From Macrostomum lignano (lineage: Eukaryota), in assembly GCA_002269645.1 (NCBI GenBank), contig NIVC01003227.1, positions 1 to 64,000 on the forward strand: a stretch of 64,000 bases of DNA, read 5' to 3'. Made by a program: the position numbers and the translations under genes. Below, one piece after another: positions 1 to 45,209 of the stretch (position 1 is the first letter of the stretch; each line of letters starts with the position of its first letter). Under the pieces are notes generated by a model. It was given only the letters and a program-made list of their open reading frames with translations. It was not told where the DNA came from and did not search any database.

Positions 1-395
1 ACTGGGGAGTAGAACAGGAGACTGGGGAGTAGAACAGAGACTGGGGAGTAGAACGGGAGACTGGGGAGTAGAGACGGGAGACTGGGGAGTAGAACAGGAG
101 ACTGGGGAGTAGAACAGGAGACTGGGGAGTAGAACGGAGACTGGGGAGTAGAACGGGAGACTGGGGAGTAGAAACAGGAGACTGGGGAGTAGAACAGGAG
201 ACTGGGAGTAGAACGGAGACTGGGGAGTAGAACGGGAGACTGGGGAGTAGAACAGGAGACTGGGGAGTAGAACGGAGACTGGGGAGTAGAAGGGAGACTG
301 GGGAGTAGAACAGGAGACTGGGGAGTAGAACGGAGACTGGGGGAGTAGAAAGGAGACTGGGGAGTAGAACGGGTAGACTGAGTAGAGTAGAACAG
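1..395. repeat. Minisatellite, about 20-bp unit ACTGGGGAGTAGAACAGGAG
   Basis: About 20 copies; ends about 40 bp from the exon 18 donor. Confidence 0.95.
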
Positions 396-436
396 GAGCA
401 GACGCGGACCGCAGCAGTCAGGCTCAAGGCACTCAC

Positions 437-34315
<33,879 letters not shown>

Positions 34316-35376
34316 TGCAGGAAGTAGTCTGTTTAAAACAAAACAAATAATTTGACAACGGTCATGAAGGTAAAAGTGAAAATAATTTAAAACTTTAAAC
34401 TATTTGTTTATTTTTTTAGTGTTTGCGTGTTAGTTGCTGCAAGTTTTACTATTTGTAACGCTTTTTTAATAAATATCGCGGCTAGCAGGAAATATAATTC
34501 TTAAGTTGTCGCAGCGAAAGCGTTCGATCTAACAGTAAAGATCGAGTCGTAAAGTATGTCTTTTTGTCTGAAAGTGTCGTAAAGCTTCTTGTTACTACTT
34601 AAATACATCACATTATTGTAGCTCGTACACTTACTATACAAAATCAAAATCCGCTGCATTCTTGGCATTGCCACATTTAATATTATAATAGTATAGTATA
34701 ACGGCATACTGGCTAGTTGGAGAGTGACTCAGAATTTAGTCACGTATATTTGACTATTCTAGGCCAGCAGCCCGCTGGCTTAAGAGTGATGCGAACACCA
34801 TACGTATTTTTACATGTAATGTCTTGCGTGTATATGTTTTAATAAAACGCAGCTCAAGGCAGCTCAAACTAGGAAGCATGAGCTGCGTTGGGCTGCTCAA
34901 TGTTTTTTGAGCAGGAAGCTAGCTCAATGTTTTAAATGGAGTCTTCAACAATTAAATTACTTGAGAATCAGCTAATTAATTTTTTATGTTGTGGCTATTA
35001 ATTGAGTTAATTATATTATGAACTTGTTTAAAATGGATGCCCTGTACGGCGAAAAAATGCAAGTACGTCTAGGCAGTCAATATATTGTGCTCTTAAGGCC
35101 TTTTCATATTGCTTATTCTGGTTCTAGAACCAGATCCAATTTGTAAAGTATAACTTTTTGTCTCCTAAACTAGAGGGATATTAGTGCTTTAAAATTGTGA
35201 TTATTGAATGGCAAATAGCCAAGAAGAAAGTGAAAAATTGTGCAAAGTAAGGCTGTTAGGGCAGTCAAACATTCAACAAAGTTAAATAGTTATACTGCCT
35301 TTTTTCTTGGAAATCCGAACCGATTCTGGTTCTAGAATCGGTAATCTGAAAAGCCCCTCACAGAATTTAATAAGAA

Positions 35377-36104
35377 ACTTACTCAGAGCCGGAGAAGATA
35401 AAAAGCAGTTGCAGGAAGAGCGCCCAAATGCAGAACCGCGATCGCAAGGTTTAGGTGGAGCAAGAGGTAGCGAGAATTTTTGGCAGGACGGTAGTTTACA
35501 TGGAGGCCGAGACCGCGTACATCGCTCCAGGAACAGATAGATGCCTTGCCTGCCATATTAGTCACAAATCAATACAGCCCAGACTGGGGTAGGAACCTCC
35601 GAGGAAGTCGTACTACAGCAGAATACTGTTCGGGTTCGAATGGTGGGAGCGATGGAGAAAAATAGGGGAGGCCGCAGCCCAAAAATGTCTTCCAATCCTG
35701 ACGCGCCAACCAGCTAAGATCGAGGTGTCTGTTCTGCAGCTGAGGTCTGGGAGAGACTTGGAATGGGCGGACAACAAAAACACCGGTGAATAACCCAGAG
35801 GCGGAAGCTGGGATGAAAACGATGGAAGCAGAAAACAAGAGGTGGGCCTCTGGCTCGATTGTGCAGGGCGTACAGCTGGCAGCGATGCAGCGGGACCAGA
35901 GGGCGGGATTTCGTTTTATTGATCGAAGCGGAATGGGAAGCGAGGGGTTGGGGGGGGGGGCGCAGCGGCAGGCAGTGGCGGAGCCGCACGCAGCTGGGGT
36001 GCAGTGAAGAAAGGCAGCATTTTGTCTGCCTTGGAGGTTCGGCTCAATACGAGCGTAGGATTGCATGTCTAGCTGCGTCCGCCACCCGCCTACTGGTATT
36101 TACC
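35377..36104 (-). promoter_or_regulatory. Probable filamin 5' UTR exons and promoter-proximal region
   Basis: Strong minus-strand donors TACAG|GTAAAT (36104) and TGA|GTAAGT (35383/35382) in GC-richer sequence upstream of the 34328 acceptor; no convincing ORF. Confidence 0.35.
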
Positions 36105-36886
36105 TGTACGAGCATATATCCCAAAATGAATTGCATCCCACAATTAACTTGGCTCCCATTCAGCTTGATTTCAGCATCCATTGATTGCGGAGACGGCGGC
36201 TGGGGGTCCACTGGCTGCCAGGCGGAAAGGAATACTCCGTAAAAATGACACAGACAGAAAGTCAAAGCGAAGAGCGAGAGGTATTTGATTCAATAAACGA
36301 AAAGTTTCACAAAGATGGCAGCTTTAGCTCGATTTCGAGCGAAAAGATAATGCTTGTAAAAATATTGTTTTTATAATTCGTCAGCAAGAGATTAATGATT
36401 GCAAGAAAAATTTGCACTGCAGAACTAGCAGGCCAAGGTGTGGCAAGATGACTACACTAATAAGCAAGGGTTAACAAAACAAAATGCTCAAATCGAGCTC
36501 AATAATTGAGCCTAGTTGAATATCATAGACGACATGGAGTTGCCAAATTTCCAATCTCGAAAGTTTTTACTAATAGAAAATAGGAGAAAACATTTGAGCT
36601 CGTGAGTAAAATTTAATTTTCCAATTTAGCTACGAAAAAGACAAAAAGTAAATATTACTGCTATTTTTGGCTGTAATAAGCTTGCTAAAAAGTTTACAAA
36701 ATAGAATGGTCCAAAGTATGAAGTATTCTATGAAACAATGAAGTTGAATAAAAGTTTAAAAGACAGAAAATGTGACACTTGAAAATGCTGTAAAATATTG
36801 GATCGTAGAGAGAAAGGGGGTAAAAGAGGAGAGAAAATTGTCAGTTGCACGTTGCAGCTGTCTAAGGAAGCAGCAAATCTCACTTG

Positions 36887-39800
36887 TTAAATTCGATTCA
36901 CTTTGGCTAGGGCCGCTTTCTTGAACTTTGACTTCCACACGTTCGAAGGCACATTTTCGGTTGTAAAATCGTCAATAGCTTCGGCAAATGCTTTTTTATA
37001 GACGGAAAAACCCGGCGCTTTGATGACGAGGGCCGGATAGGCCCGGTCGCTGGTCGCATACGGCCACCGGGCGGCCTGTATGTGCCCGACCTGCGGAGCC
37101 GAGATGAAGCGGGCGCGGTCTATGAAGTCCTTCACGCGCTCGAAGTTCGGATCCATCCAGCGTATTTCGATTATGCTTTCTGCCTCCTTCATCACCGCTG
37201 ATCCGGCCTGGGATGTCTTGTTTTTATTACTCTTTAACGCCGTCGGAGGAAGGTTCTCCTTCGCCCGCTTGGCCGATGTGCTTTGGCGCTTAGCTCCATC
37301 TTTATCTGCTGCAAGCCGCTTCTTGGCGTCAGATGGACGAGCTGACCTGGCTTCTGACATCTTAGCCGCATCTCTATCTGCTGCAGGCCGCTTCTTGGCG
37401 TCAGATGGGCGAGCTGACCTGGATTCTGACATCTTAGCCGCATCTCTATCTGCTGCAGGCCGCTTCTTGGCGTCAGATGGGCGAGCTGACCTGGCTTCTG
37501 ACATCTTAGCCGCATCTCTATCTGCTGCAGGCCGCTTCTTGGCGTCAGATGGGCGAGCTGACCTGGATTCTGACATCTTAGCCGCATCTCTATCTGCTGC
37601 AGGCCGCTTCTTGGCGTCAGATGGACGAGCTGACCCGGCTTCTGACATCTTAGCCGCATCTCTATCTGCTGCAGGCCGCTTCTTGGCGTCAGATGGGCGA
37701 GCTGACCTGGCTTCTGACATCTTAGCCGCATCTCTATCTGCTGCAGGCCGCTTCTTGGCGTCAGATGGGCGAGCTGACCAGGATTCTGACATCTTAGCCG
37801 CATCTCTATCTGCTGCAGGCCGCTTCTTGGCGTCAGATGGACGAGCTGACCTGGCTTCTGACATCTTAGCCGCATCTCTATCTGCTGCAGGCCGCTTCTT
37901 GGCGTCAGATGGGCGAGCTGACCTGGATTCTGACATCTTAGCCGCATCTCTATCTGCTGTAGGCCGCTTCTTGGCGTCAGATGGACGAGCTGACCTGGCT
38001 TCTGACATCTTAGCCGCATCTCTATCTGCTGCAGGCCGCTTCTTGGCGTCAGATGGACGAGCTGACCTGGCTTCTGACTGCAAGTCAAATTTTACTTTCT
38101 TTTCTGCCCCAGGCCGCTTTTTGTCAGCCTGTCGAGGAGATTTAGTCTCTCGCTGCTTCGAAGAGTTCGTGTCCGTTGTGAATTGCCCTGAAGAGTTGGA
38201 TGTACGAGTCAAGTCGGCTTTAACTTCAGACTTTAACTTCTTTGATAACAATCCTTCATTTTCCGAATGCTGCTTCGTGGACTCAGACAGGCAAGATTGT
38301 TTTGGCATGCTTTTCGCTGAAGGCCGCTTTTTAGAGTGATTTGGCTGAGATTTCTTCCACTCAGATGGTTTACGGCCGGCGGAGGCTGCATTCGAATCAG
38401 CCATATCAGCAGTGTCATTAGCTAAATCGGCGGTGTCGTCGGCCATATTAGCTGTGTCATCAGCTAACTCGGCGGTGTCGTCAGCCATATTAGCTGTGTC
38501 ATTAGCTAAATCAGCGGTGTCATCAGCCATATTAGCAGTGTCATTAGCTAAATCAGCGGTGTCGTCAGCCATATTAGCTGTGTCATTAGCTAAATCAGCG
38601 GTGTCGTCAGCCATATTAGCTGTGTCATTAGCTAAATCAGCGGTGTCGTCAGCCATATTAGCTGTGTCATTAGCTAAATCAGCGGTGTCGTCAGCCATAT
38701 TAGCTGTGTCATTAGCTAAATCAGCGGTGTCGTCAGCCATATTAGCTGTGTCATTAGCTAAATCAGCGGTGTCGTCAGCCATATTAGCTGTGTCATTAGC
38801 TAAATCAGCGGTGTCGTCAGCCATATTAGCTGTGTCATTAGCTAAATCAGCTGTGTTATCAGCCATATTAGCTGTGTCATCAGCCATATCAGCTGTGTCA
38901 TCACCGGCAATGGAATCATTTACAAGATCCTCTGAATTGTTGCAAAGAGCAACAGCAATTGCCTCATCGCAACGAGAGGTTGAAACGCCAGTCGGAGCAG
39001 CTGCGTTGGCTCCAAGAGTGGATTTGGTGCATGCGTTTTGATTGCTTGGACCGCAAACAGAAGCAGCAGCTGGATTGCTACCAAGCACTGCTGCAGCACC
39101 ATCAGACGCAGTTGGATTGTTACCAAGCACTGCTGCAGCACCATCAGACGCAGTTGGATTGTTTACAAGAGCGACTACGCCACCATCAGCAGCTGCACTG
39201 CCGACTGGAGCAACTGCAGATGAATCCTCGCCTAAACCTGCACAGTTGCCGGCTGCCTCGGCGACGGCAGTTAAAGCGGCCATTGAGGCCACGGAACGCG
39301 GAGAAGCATTCGCAGCAGGTGGCTGCTCGTCAATGTTGGGATCGGCCTCCTGTGCGGACAGTTTAAATTCAGTTAAACGTGTTTCAGCCAACAAAAGCAC
39401 TGCAAAAGCCCTTCTATGACAGGATTTGACTTAGTTAATTAAAAGTACAAACTCCAAAGACTCACCTCGGAATCGGACTCTTCCAGTTCGTCAGAAGAGT
39501 AATTTACAGTCGGTGGTTCGGCTGGCCGTTCGAGACCGTGGACCGATTCGACGCGCACGAGGCCGCCGCGACAGCCGAGGGCCAGCAGGTGCTCAGCACC
39601 CAGGTTGACGTTCCAGGCCAGGTAGCGAATTTTTTCATCGCCATTGCCTATGGACAGCAGCTGGCGCTGGTGCACTACGGACAGCCGGGCGTCCGACGAA
39701 TCCGAGTTGGCGTCCGCCGGGGTTGCGGGCTCCGCGCAGACCTGCTGGATGGTGAGGAGGCTGATGGAGCTGCTGCTGGCGCAGGCGAAAGCGCCGTGCA

Positions 39801-40890
39801 GCGGGCTGCAGTCCAGGCGAGTGCCCTCGCCGGAGGAGACCACAGCAAGCTGGGCTGTGTCGTATCGCAGCGCCCAGGCGACGTTGGCCACGGAGTTATT
39901 AAGAGACAGCGCGGCAGGCGTGAGGATGTTGCCAGTCTTCATGCCAATGCAAAACACGTAGATGCGGCGACCGGCGGCCACGGCCAGCAAGGCATTCGGC
40001 GGGCCAAGCGGATGCAGGCGAATGTCTTCGACAGCCGCGGCGGGACTGTCGATTCGCCAGGCCTTCCAAGGCTGAAGGCACCCGGACTGGTCGGCAGCGG
40101 CGGCTGCATCAGAACTGGATGTCGAACTACTGAGGCGCCAGACGGCGCACCTGCCATCAGAGAAACCGGCAGCCAGCAGGTCCGGCCTGCAGACGCAGGT
40201 GTCAAGCGCGGTGGCGGAGCAGCTGGAGTCTGGTAGGCAAAGCTGCAGCTCAGGCGCCTTCCGGGCTTCGTGGAGCACCATGACGCGGATAGAGCCATCA
40301 TCGCAGGCGAGCGCAAGGCGGCTCTCGTTGCCAGGCAACGCCTTAGCACTACTGACGCGACCGAAGCGGTGTGTGAGACGCAAGGGGAGGCCGACAGTGC
40401 CGATGCCGGGCAGAAGGCGCCACACCTGGATGCCGCTACGGGGCGCCGGGCCCTCCTCGCTCTCTGTGCACAGCGCCAGGCGCTGGTGGGTGGAGCGCGG
40501 CGGCGCCGCCAGCCAAGCCACGCAGACCACCGTTGTCCCAGCATCGATCTTGACGGTGGACGAGTCCGAGTCCGGCAGTGAGTGCCGGTCGGACAGGCGC
40601 TGACTGCGGCGCTCGTTTTGATAGGCGTCGTGAATGAAGCGCTGGATGTCCGCAACAACAGCGCCAAATCTTATATCGGGGTCCGGCCGCCCGTAGCGCA
40701 TGCCGAGCAGCAGCAGCTGCTGCGCGTTGGCTGGCAGGCGCTGGCCGCGTTCTCGATCGATGAGGCTCTCCTCAATAAAGCGAGCGACGCCGTCGAGGGG
40801 CAGACAAGCGCGCCATATGTTCATGCGCGAGGAAAACAAGCGGCCGCGCTGGCCACTTGGCGCAGAATTGTTTCTTCGAATGCGAACCAT
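36887..40890 (-). CDS. GTF3C2: GTF3C2/TFIIIC-beta-like WD40 protein with long repetitive C-terminal extension (about 1295 aa if spliced as 40890-39466 + 39349-36887)
   Basis: WD40-type motifs LALACDDGSIRV, LLAAGFSDGRCAVWRL and IRYLAWNVNLGAEHLLALGCRGGLVRVESVHGL resemble the GTF3C2 C-terminus as recalled (not searched). A 116-nt phase-0 intron GAG|GTGAGT...CACAG|GAG joins this to an 820-aa open frame. Confidence 0.62.
37262..38078 (-). repeat. Coding 72-bp repeat (24 aa, SEARSARPSDAKKRPAADRDAAKM), 11 copies
   Basis: In frame within the 36887-39349 exon. Confidence 0.95.
38398..38905 (-). repeat. Coding 42-bp repeat (14 aa, ADDTADLANDTANM), about 12 copies
   Basis: In frame within the 36887-39349 exon. 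Confidence 0.95.
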
Positions 40891-41927
40891 CCTACTGTAA
40901 GTAAATAAGTGGCAATTTGAATCTGAATTAATAAAGAATGCGGTGAGCTGGACGAGTTGAGGCAGTCGGGTTTGAAGGATCCAAAACTAGCAGACGAACC
41001 CAAGGACTACTCAAGTGAAAGGGCGAGAAACCACGTTTATTGGAAAATTTAGAAGGCAGGTACTGTCAAACCAATTCTATTTGAGAATAGTAACCAGCAT
41101 GAGACAGCCCTGTGACGTGATGGTCAGTAGTGTAGCAGCGTCTGTTTTTACAATTGGTTTGCAGTGAAATTTGACTGGTTATGCGCAGTACGTGTCTCTA
41201 TTGTATCACCTGCATAGCGTTATTGATTTGATGTGTCCTAGTTGAAGTCAACATTGCGTGAGTAAATGCATATTATGCATCCGAAGGTTCTTAGCTGGGT
41301 CCGCCAATAAATGAATACACCAGCAAACATACTACTTCAAGTAGGCATTCAAGATAAAGGAATGACATCCGGGTGATTGAAATTCTGCTAAAAAACAAAA
41401 CAATTCAGACATGCGAAAGAGGAAAAAACATAGAAGTCGTTCTTCGCGTTTAGTCGCCAAGAATGGAACAAAGGCGATGGTGGCCAGTTGGCCAGCGGTG
41501 TATTATTTTATATTATTTAATGTTACATGCCACACAATATGCAGTAAATTTTAATGGGTGAAGATACATAATGTATAACTACATGTAAGTGCATACAGAG
41601 ATACGGCCATGGGTTAACAGTACAGTACGGATAGAGTACAAACACTGATAAAAGATAAAAAACGGTCATTAGGATAACAGAAAAATAGGATTCCTTAACA
41701 CGATAATATTTTAGCAGGTCAACAAGAGCCAAACGGATCATCGCACACATGCAATGCTTCAATAAGAGTTAGCGAGCTTACACTAAAGTAGTATCATATG
41801 CACAAAACAGTGTCTACGTCTACAAGTAGCATTACTAAAAAGAGATTGGATAAATAAGATGAAAAGAGTAAAGGGTCGCTGGGTACACTTCAAACTAAAA
41901 CACATTAATTACAGACAAACTAATTCC

Positions 41928-42205
41928 AGGCCTCCACAATGAGGTTGCCCTGAGCGCTAGGCCTCCACAATGAGGTTGCCCTCAGCGCTAGGCCTCCACA
42001 ATGAGGTTGCCCTCAGCGCTAGGCCTCCACAATGAGGTTGCCATGAGCGCTAGGCCTCCACAATGAGGTTGCCCTGAGCGCTAGGCCTCCACAATGAGGT
42101 TGCCCTCAGCGCTAGGCCTCCACAATGAGGTTGCCCTCAGCGCTAGGCCTCCACAATGAGGTTGCCCTGAGCGCTAGGCCTCCACAATGAGGTTGTCCTG
42201 AGCGC
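41928..42205. repeat. Minisatellite, 31-bp unit GGCCTCCACAATGAGGTTGCCCTCAGCGCTA spanning the zinc-finger stop codon
   Basis: About 9 copies; the first copy is the last coding sequence. Confidence 0.96.
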
Positions 42206-45200
42206 CAGCGTCTGAGGCGGCGGCCTGCTGGAAGCCGGGTGCGGCGGTGCCGATGACGCGGTCGCTGGGCTGCAGCAGCACAATGTTGATGCCGTCCTCC
42301 AGCTCGGCCGCGTACTCCTCCTCCTCGCGCTGCGCCGCCGCCTCCTCGTCCGAGTCAGCCAGGCCGAGGCTGAAGTAGTCCTTCTGCCAGGCCGGCGCCT
42401 TCCGCCGACGCCCAGAGCTCGTGTAGCTCGTGCGGGGGTCGTAGTCGTCCTCGAAGTCCTCCACCAGCTCGGCGTTGTCTACCTGCGGGCGGGCGATCAG
42501 CCATTTACAGGGAGCACGCAAACAGAATTGAGCACCGATAGTCAGCAAACCCATCAGCACTGAGCACCACAATGTCACAGCCACAAACCCATCAGCACTG
42601 AGCACCACAATGTCACAGTCACAAACCCATCAGCACTGAGCACCACAACGTCACAGCCACAAACCCATCAGCACTGAGCACCACAATGTCACAGCCACAA
42701 ACCCATCAGCACTGAGCACCACAATGTCACAGCCACAAACCCATCAGCACTGAGCACCACAACGTCACAGCCACAAACCCATCAGCACTGAGCACCACAA
42801 TGTCACAGCCACAAACCCATCAGCACTGAGCGCCACAATGTCACAGCCACAAACCCATCAGCACTGAGCACCACAATGTCACAGCCACAAACCCATCAGC
42901 ACTGAGCACCACAATGTCACAGCCACAAACCCATCAGCACTGAGCGCCACAATGTCACAGCCGCAAACCCATCAGCATGAGCACCAATCTCAGGCAACAG
43001 ACTCCTCAAGGTGCCACAGCCACAAACCCATCAGCATGAGCACCAATCTCAAGCAACAGACTCCTCAATGTGCCACAGCCACAAACCCATCAGCACTGAG
43101 CACCAATCTCAAGCAAAAGACTCCTCAAGGTGCCACTGCCACAAACCCATCAGCACTGAGCACCAATCTCAAGCAAAAGACTCCTCAAGGTGCCACAGCC
43201 ACAAACCCATCAGCATGAGCACCAATCTCAAGCAACAGACTCCTCAAGGTGCCACAGCCACAAACCCATCAGCATGAGCACCAATCTCAAGCAACAGACT
43301 CCTCAAGGTGCCGCAGCCACAAACCATTAAAGCTGTGGGCCCCAATCTCAAGCAACAGACTCCTCAAGGTGCCACTGCCACAAACCTCCTCGTAGATCGT
43401 GTCCGGATTCGGCCGCACGTAGTTCCCGTCGCCAGCGATGTACTCCTCCTCCTTGTACTCAAACACCCGCTGCCGGCCAGCCTCCGCAGTTCCCGTCCGC
43501 ACCATCCGCGGCCGTCCGATCGGCCGTCCGGTGCTCGTCTTCTGTCCGGCCTGGACGGACGGCGGCTCCAGCGGGTTCTTCCGCGGCCGGCCCCGGGGCT
43601 TCTTGTTCAGCCGCCGCTCCGCCTCCTGAACTCGCTTCAGCGCCTCGTACGCAGACTGGCCCATCGCTGAGAGGCCCAGACCGCCATCGTCCGGACCCTC
43701 CATCACCGCCGCCTTCCCGTTCTTGAACCTGTCCTCGTCCGCCTCGTCTGTGTAGCCCTCGCGCTCTCGCCGAATCTTCGACATTGCCTCCTCGAACGTC
43801 TTGATCATCTTCGGCTTGCGAGTCGACTTTGGCGGCGCCTTGATCAGCGTGTGGTTCACCGGGTCCCGGTTCTGGCTGTGCACCGCGTGGTGCTTCACCA
43901 GGTCCGGCTTGCTGTTCGTCACAAAGTCGCAGTTCTGATACTTGCACGAGAACGGACCATCGTGGCAGCCGCGGATCGCCAGCTCCTCCTTGTGCACCTC
44001 CGTCTTGTGCGCCTCCTTCTCCTCCTTCGACTCGAAGCTGGCCATGCAGTAGCGACACACGTGCCGCTTCGACACCCGCAGCGCGTGCGCCCGGGTGATG
44101 TGGTGGTTCAGCTGGTTGAACCCCGGGAAGCCCTTCTCGCCACAGATCGGGCACGAGATCAGAGTGATGCTCGAGTGAGCCTTCACGTGCGACTTCAGCT
44201 CCGACAGCTCGTTGATGTAGCAGTTGCAGGTCACGCAGCGGAACTTCGCCTGCAGACTCCGCACTGTCGGGCAGCTCCTCGTGTGCTTCTTCAGCGTGTA
44301 GATGCTGTCGAACGTCACCGAGCAGCCGTTGCACTCCAGGTGCACGCTGCTCGACCCCAGCTGCGAATAGTTCTCCCTCAGCTCGTGCTCCCTAGTGCGC
44401 AGGTGGGCCACCAGTATGTCGAACGTGGTAAACGACTTGTTGCAAATCTCGCACTTGAACGCCCTGTCCATGTTGGGAAAGTGCATCCGCCTGTGCTGCA
44501 GCATGTTGGACCGCTGCGTGAACCGCTTCGGGCACTTGTCGCACTTAAACGGCTTCTCACCTCGGTGAGCCCGAAGGTGCGCGTCAAACGTGCCGCCGTT
44601 GTTCGTCATGTACGTGCACTGCCGGCAGTGGTAGCGAAAGTCCTTCGGGTTCCTCTTCGGCTTCTTCGCGTCCACGTGGATGCGCCGCGCGTGCAGGAAC
44701 AGGTCGCTCAGGTTGGCAAAGTACTTGTCGCACTGACGGCACACAAACGCCTTCAGCAGGTGCCGCTCGCGCAGGTGCTTCGTGAACGCACCGGCATTCG
44801 TAAAGTCTGACGGACAATAATTACACTGGTACACCAGCTGGTCTTTGCCCTGCTGGCCGCCCCGCGACCTCCTCGCATCCTGCGAGTACGCCTGCACCGC
44901 GCCGCCCGCCTCCTCTGCCTCCTCGGCGCCGCCCGACGTCAGCTGGATCTGGATCGGGCCTCCATCTGCCTGCGCCTGGATCTGCTCAATCACCTCAGAT
45001 GACAGCTCGAATGTCTCATTGTTGCTCGTTGTCAGCTGGATCTGAACGGGACCGCCAGCTGCCTGAGCCTGGATCTGCTGAATCACCTCAGCTGGCAGCT
45101 CAATCACCTCGTCACCGCTGCTGCTGCCCAGCTGGATGTGCATGCTGGAGCCGCCCTGGCCCTCATCGGCAGACATGTGCTGCATCAACTCGTCTGGCAG

Positions 45201-45209
45201 TTCGATCAT
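42174..45209 (-). CDS. C2H2 zinc-finger protein (about 10 fingers) with AT-hook motifs, about 710 aa, exons 45209-43386 and 42482-42174
   Basis: Fingers such as FKCDKCPKRFTQRSNMLQHRRMH with HRGEKPF linker; KKPRGRPRK and IGRPR; donor GAG|GTTTGT, acceptor CCGCAG|GTA, acidic last exon ending in TAG. Confidence 0.92.
42545..43385. repeat. Compound minisatellite (38-bp and about 60-bp units sharing CACAAACCCATCAGCA) filling the zinc-finger intron
   Basis: About 11 copies of the 38-mer followed by about 7 copies of the 60-mer up to the donor at 43385. Confidence 0.95.

Noticed and set aside
35110-35345. Palindrome TCTGGTTCTAGAACCAGA and a second ATTCTGGTTCTAGAA (heat-shock-element-like)
   Set aside because: Each has only two nGAAn units, and the pair is explained by a diverged duplication of about 200 bp.
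40895-42174. Operon or SL trans-splicing link between the zinc-finger and GTF3C2-like genes (AATAAA at 41041-41036 about 140 nt before an acceptor 4 nt upstream of the ATG)
   Set aside because: An ATTAAA near 41550 and a candidate cis donor CAG|GTGATA near 41209 explain the layout without polycistrony. It cannot be supported without RNA data.
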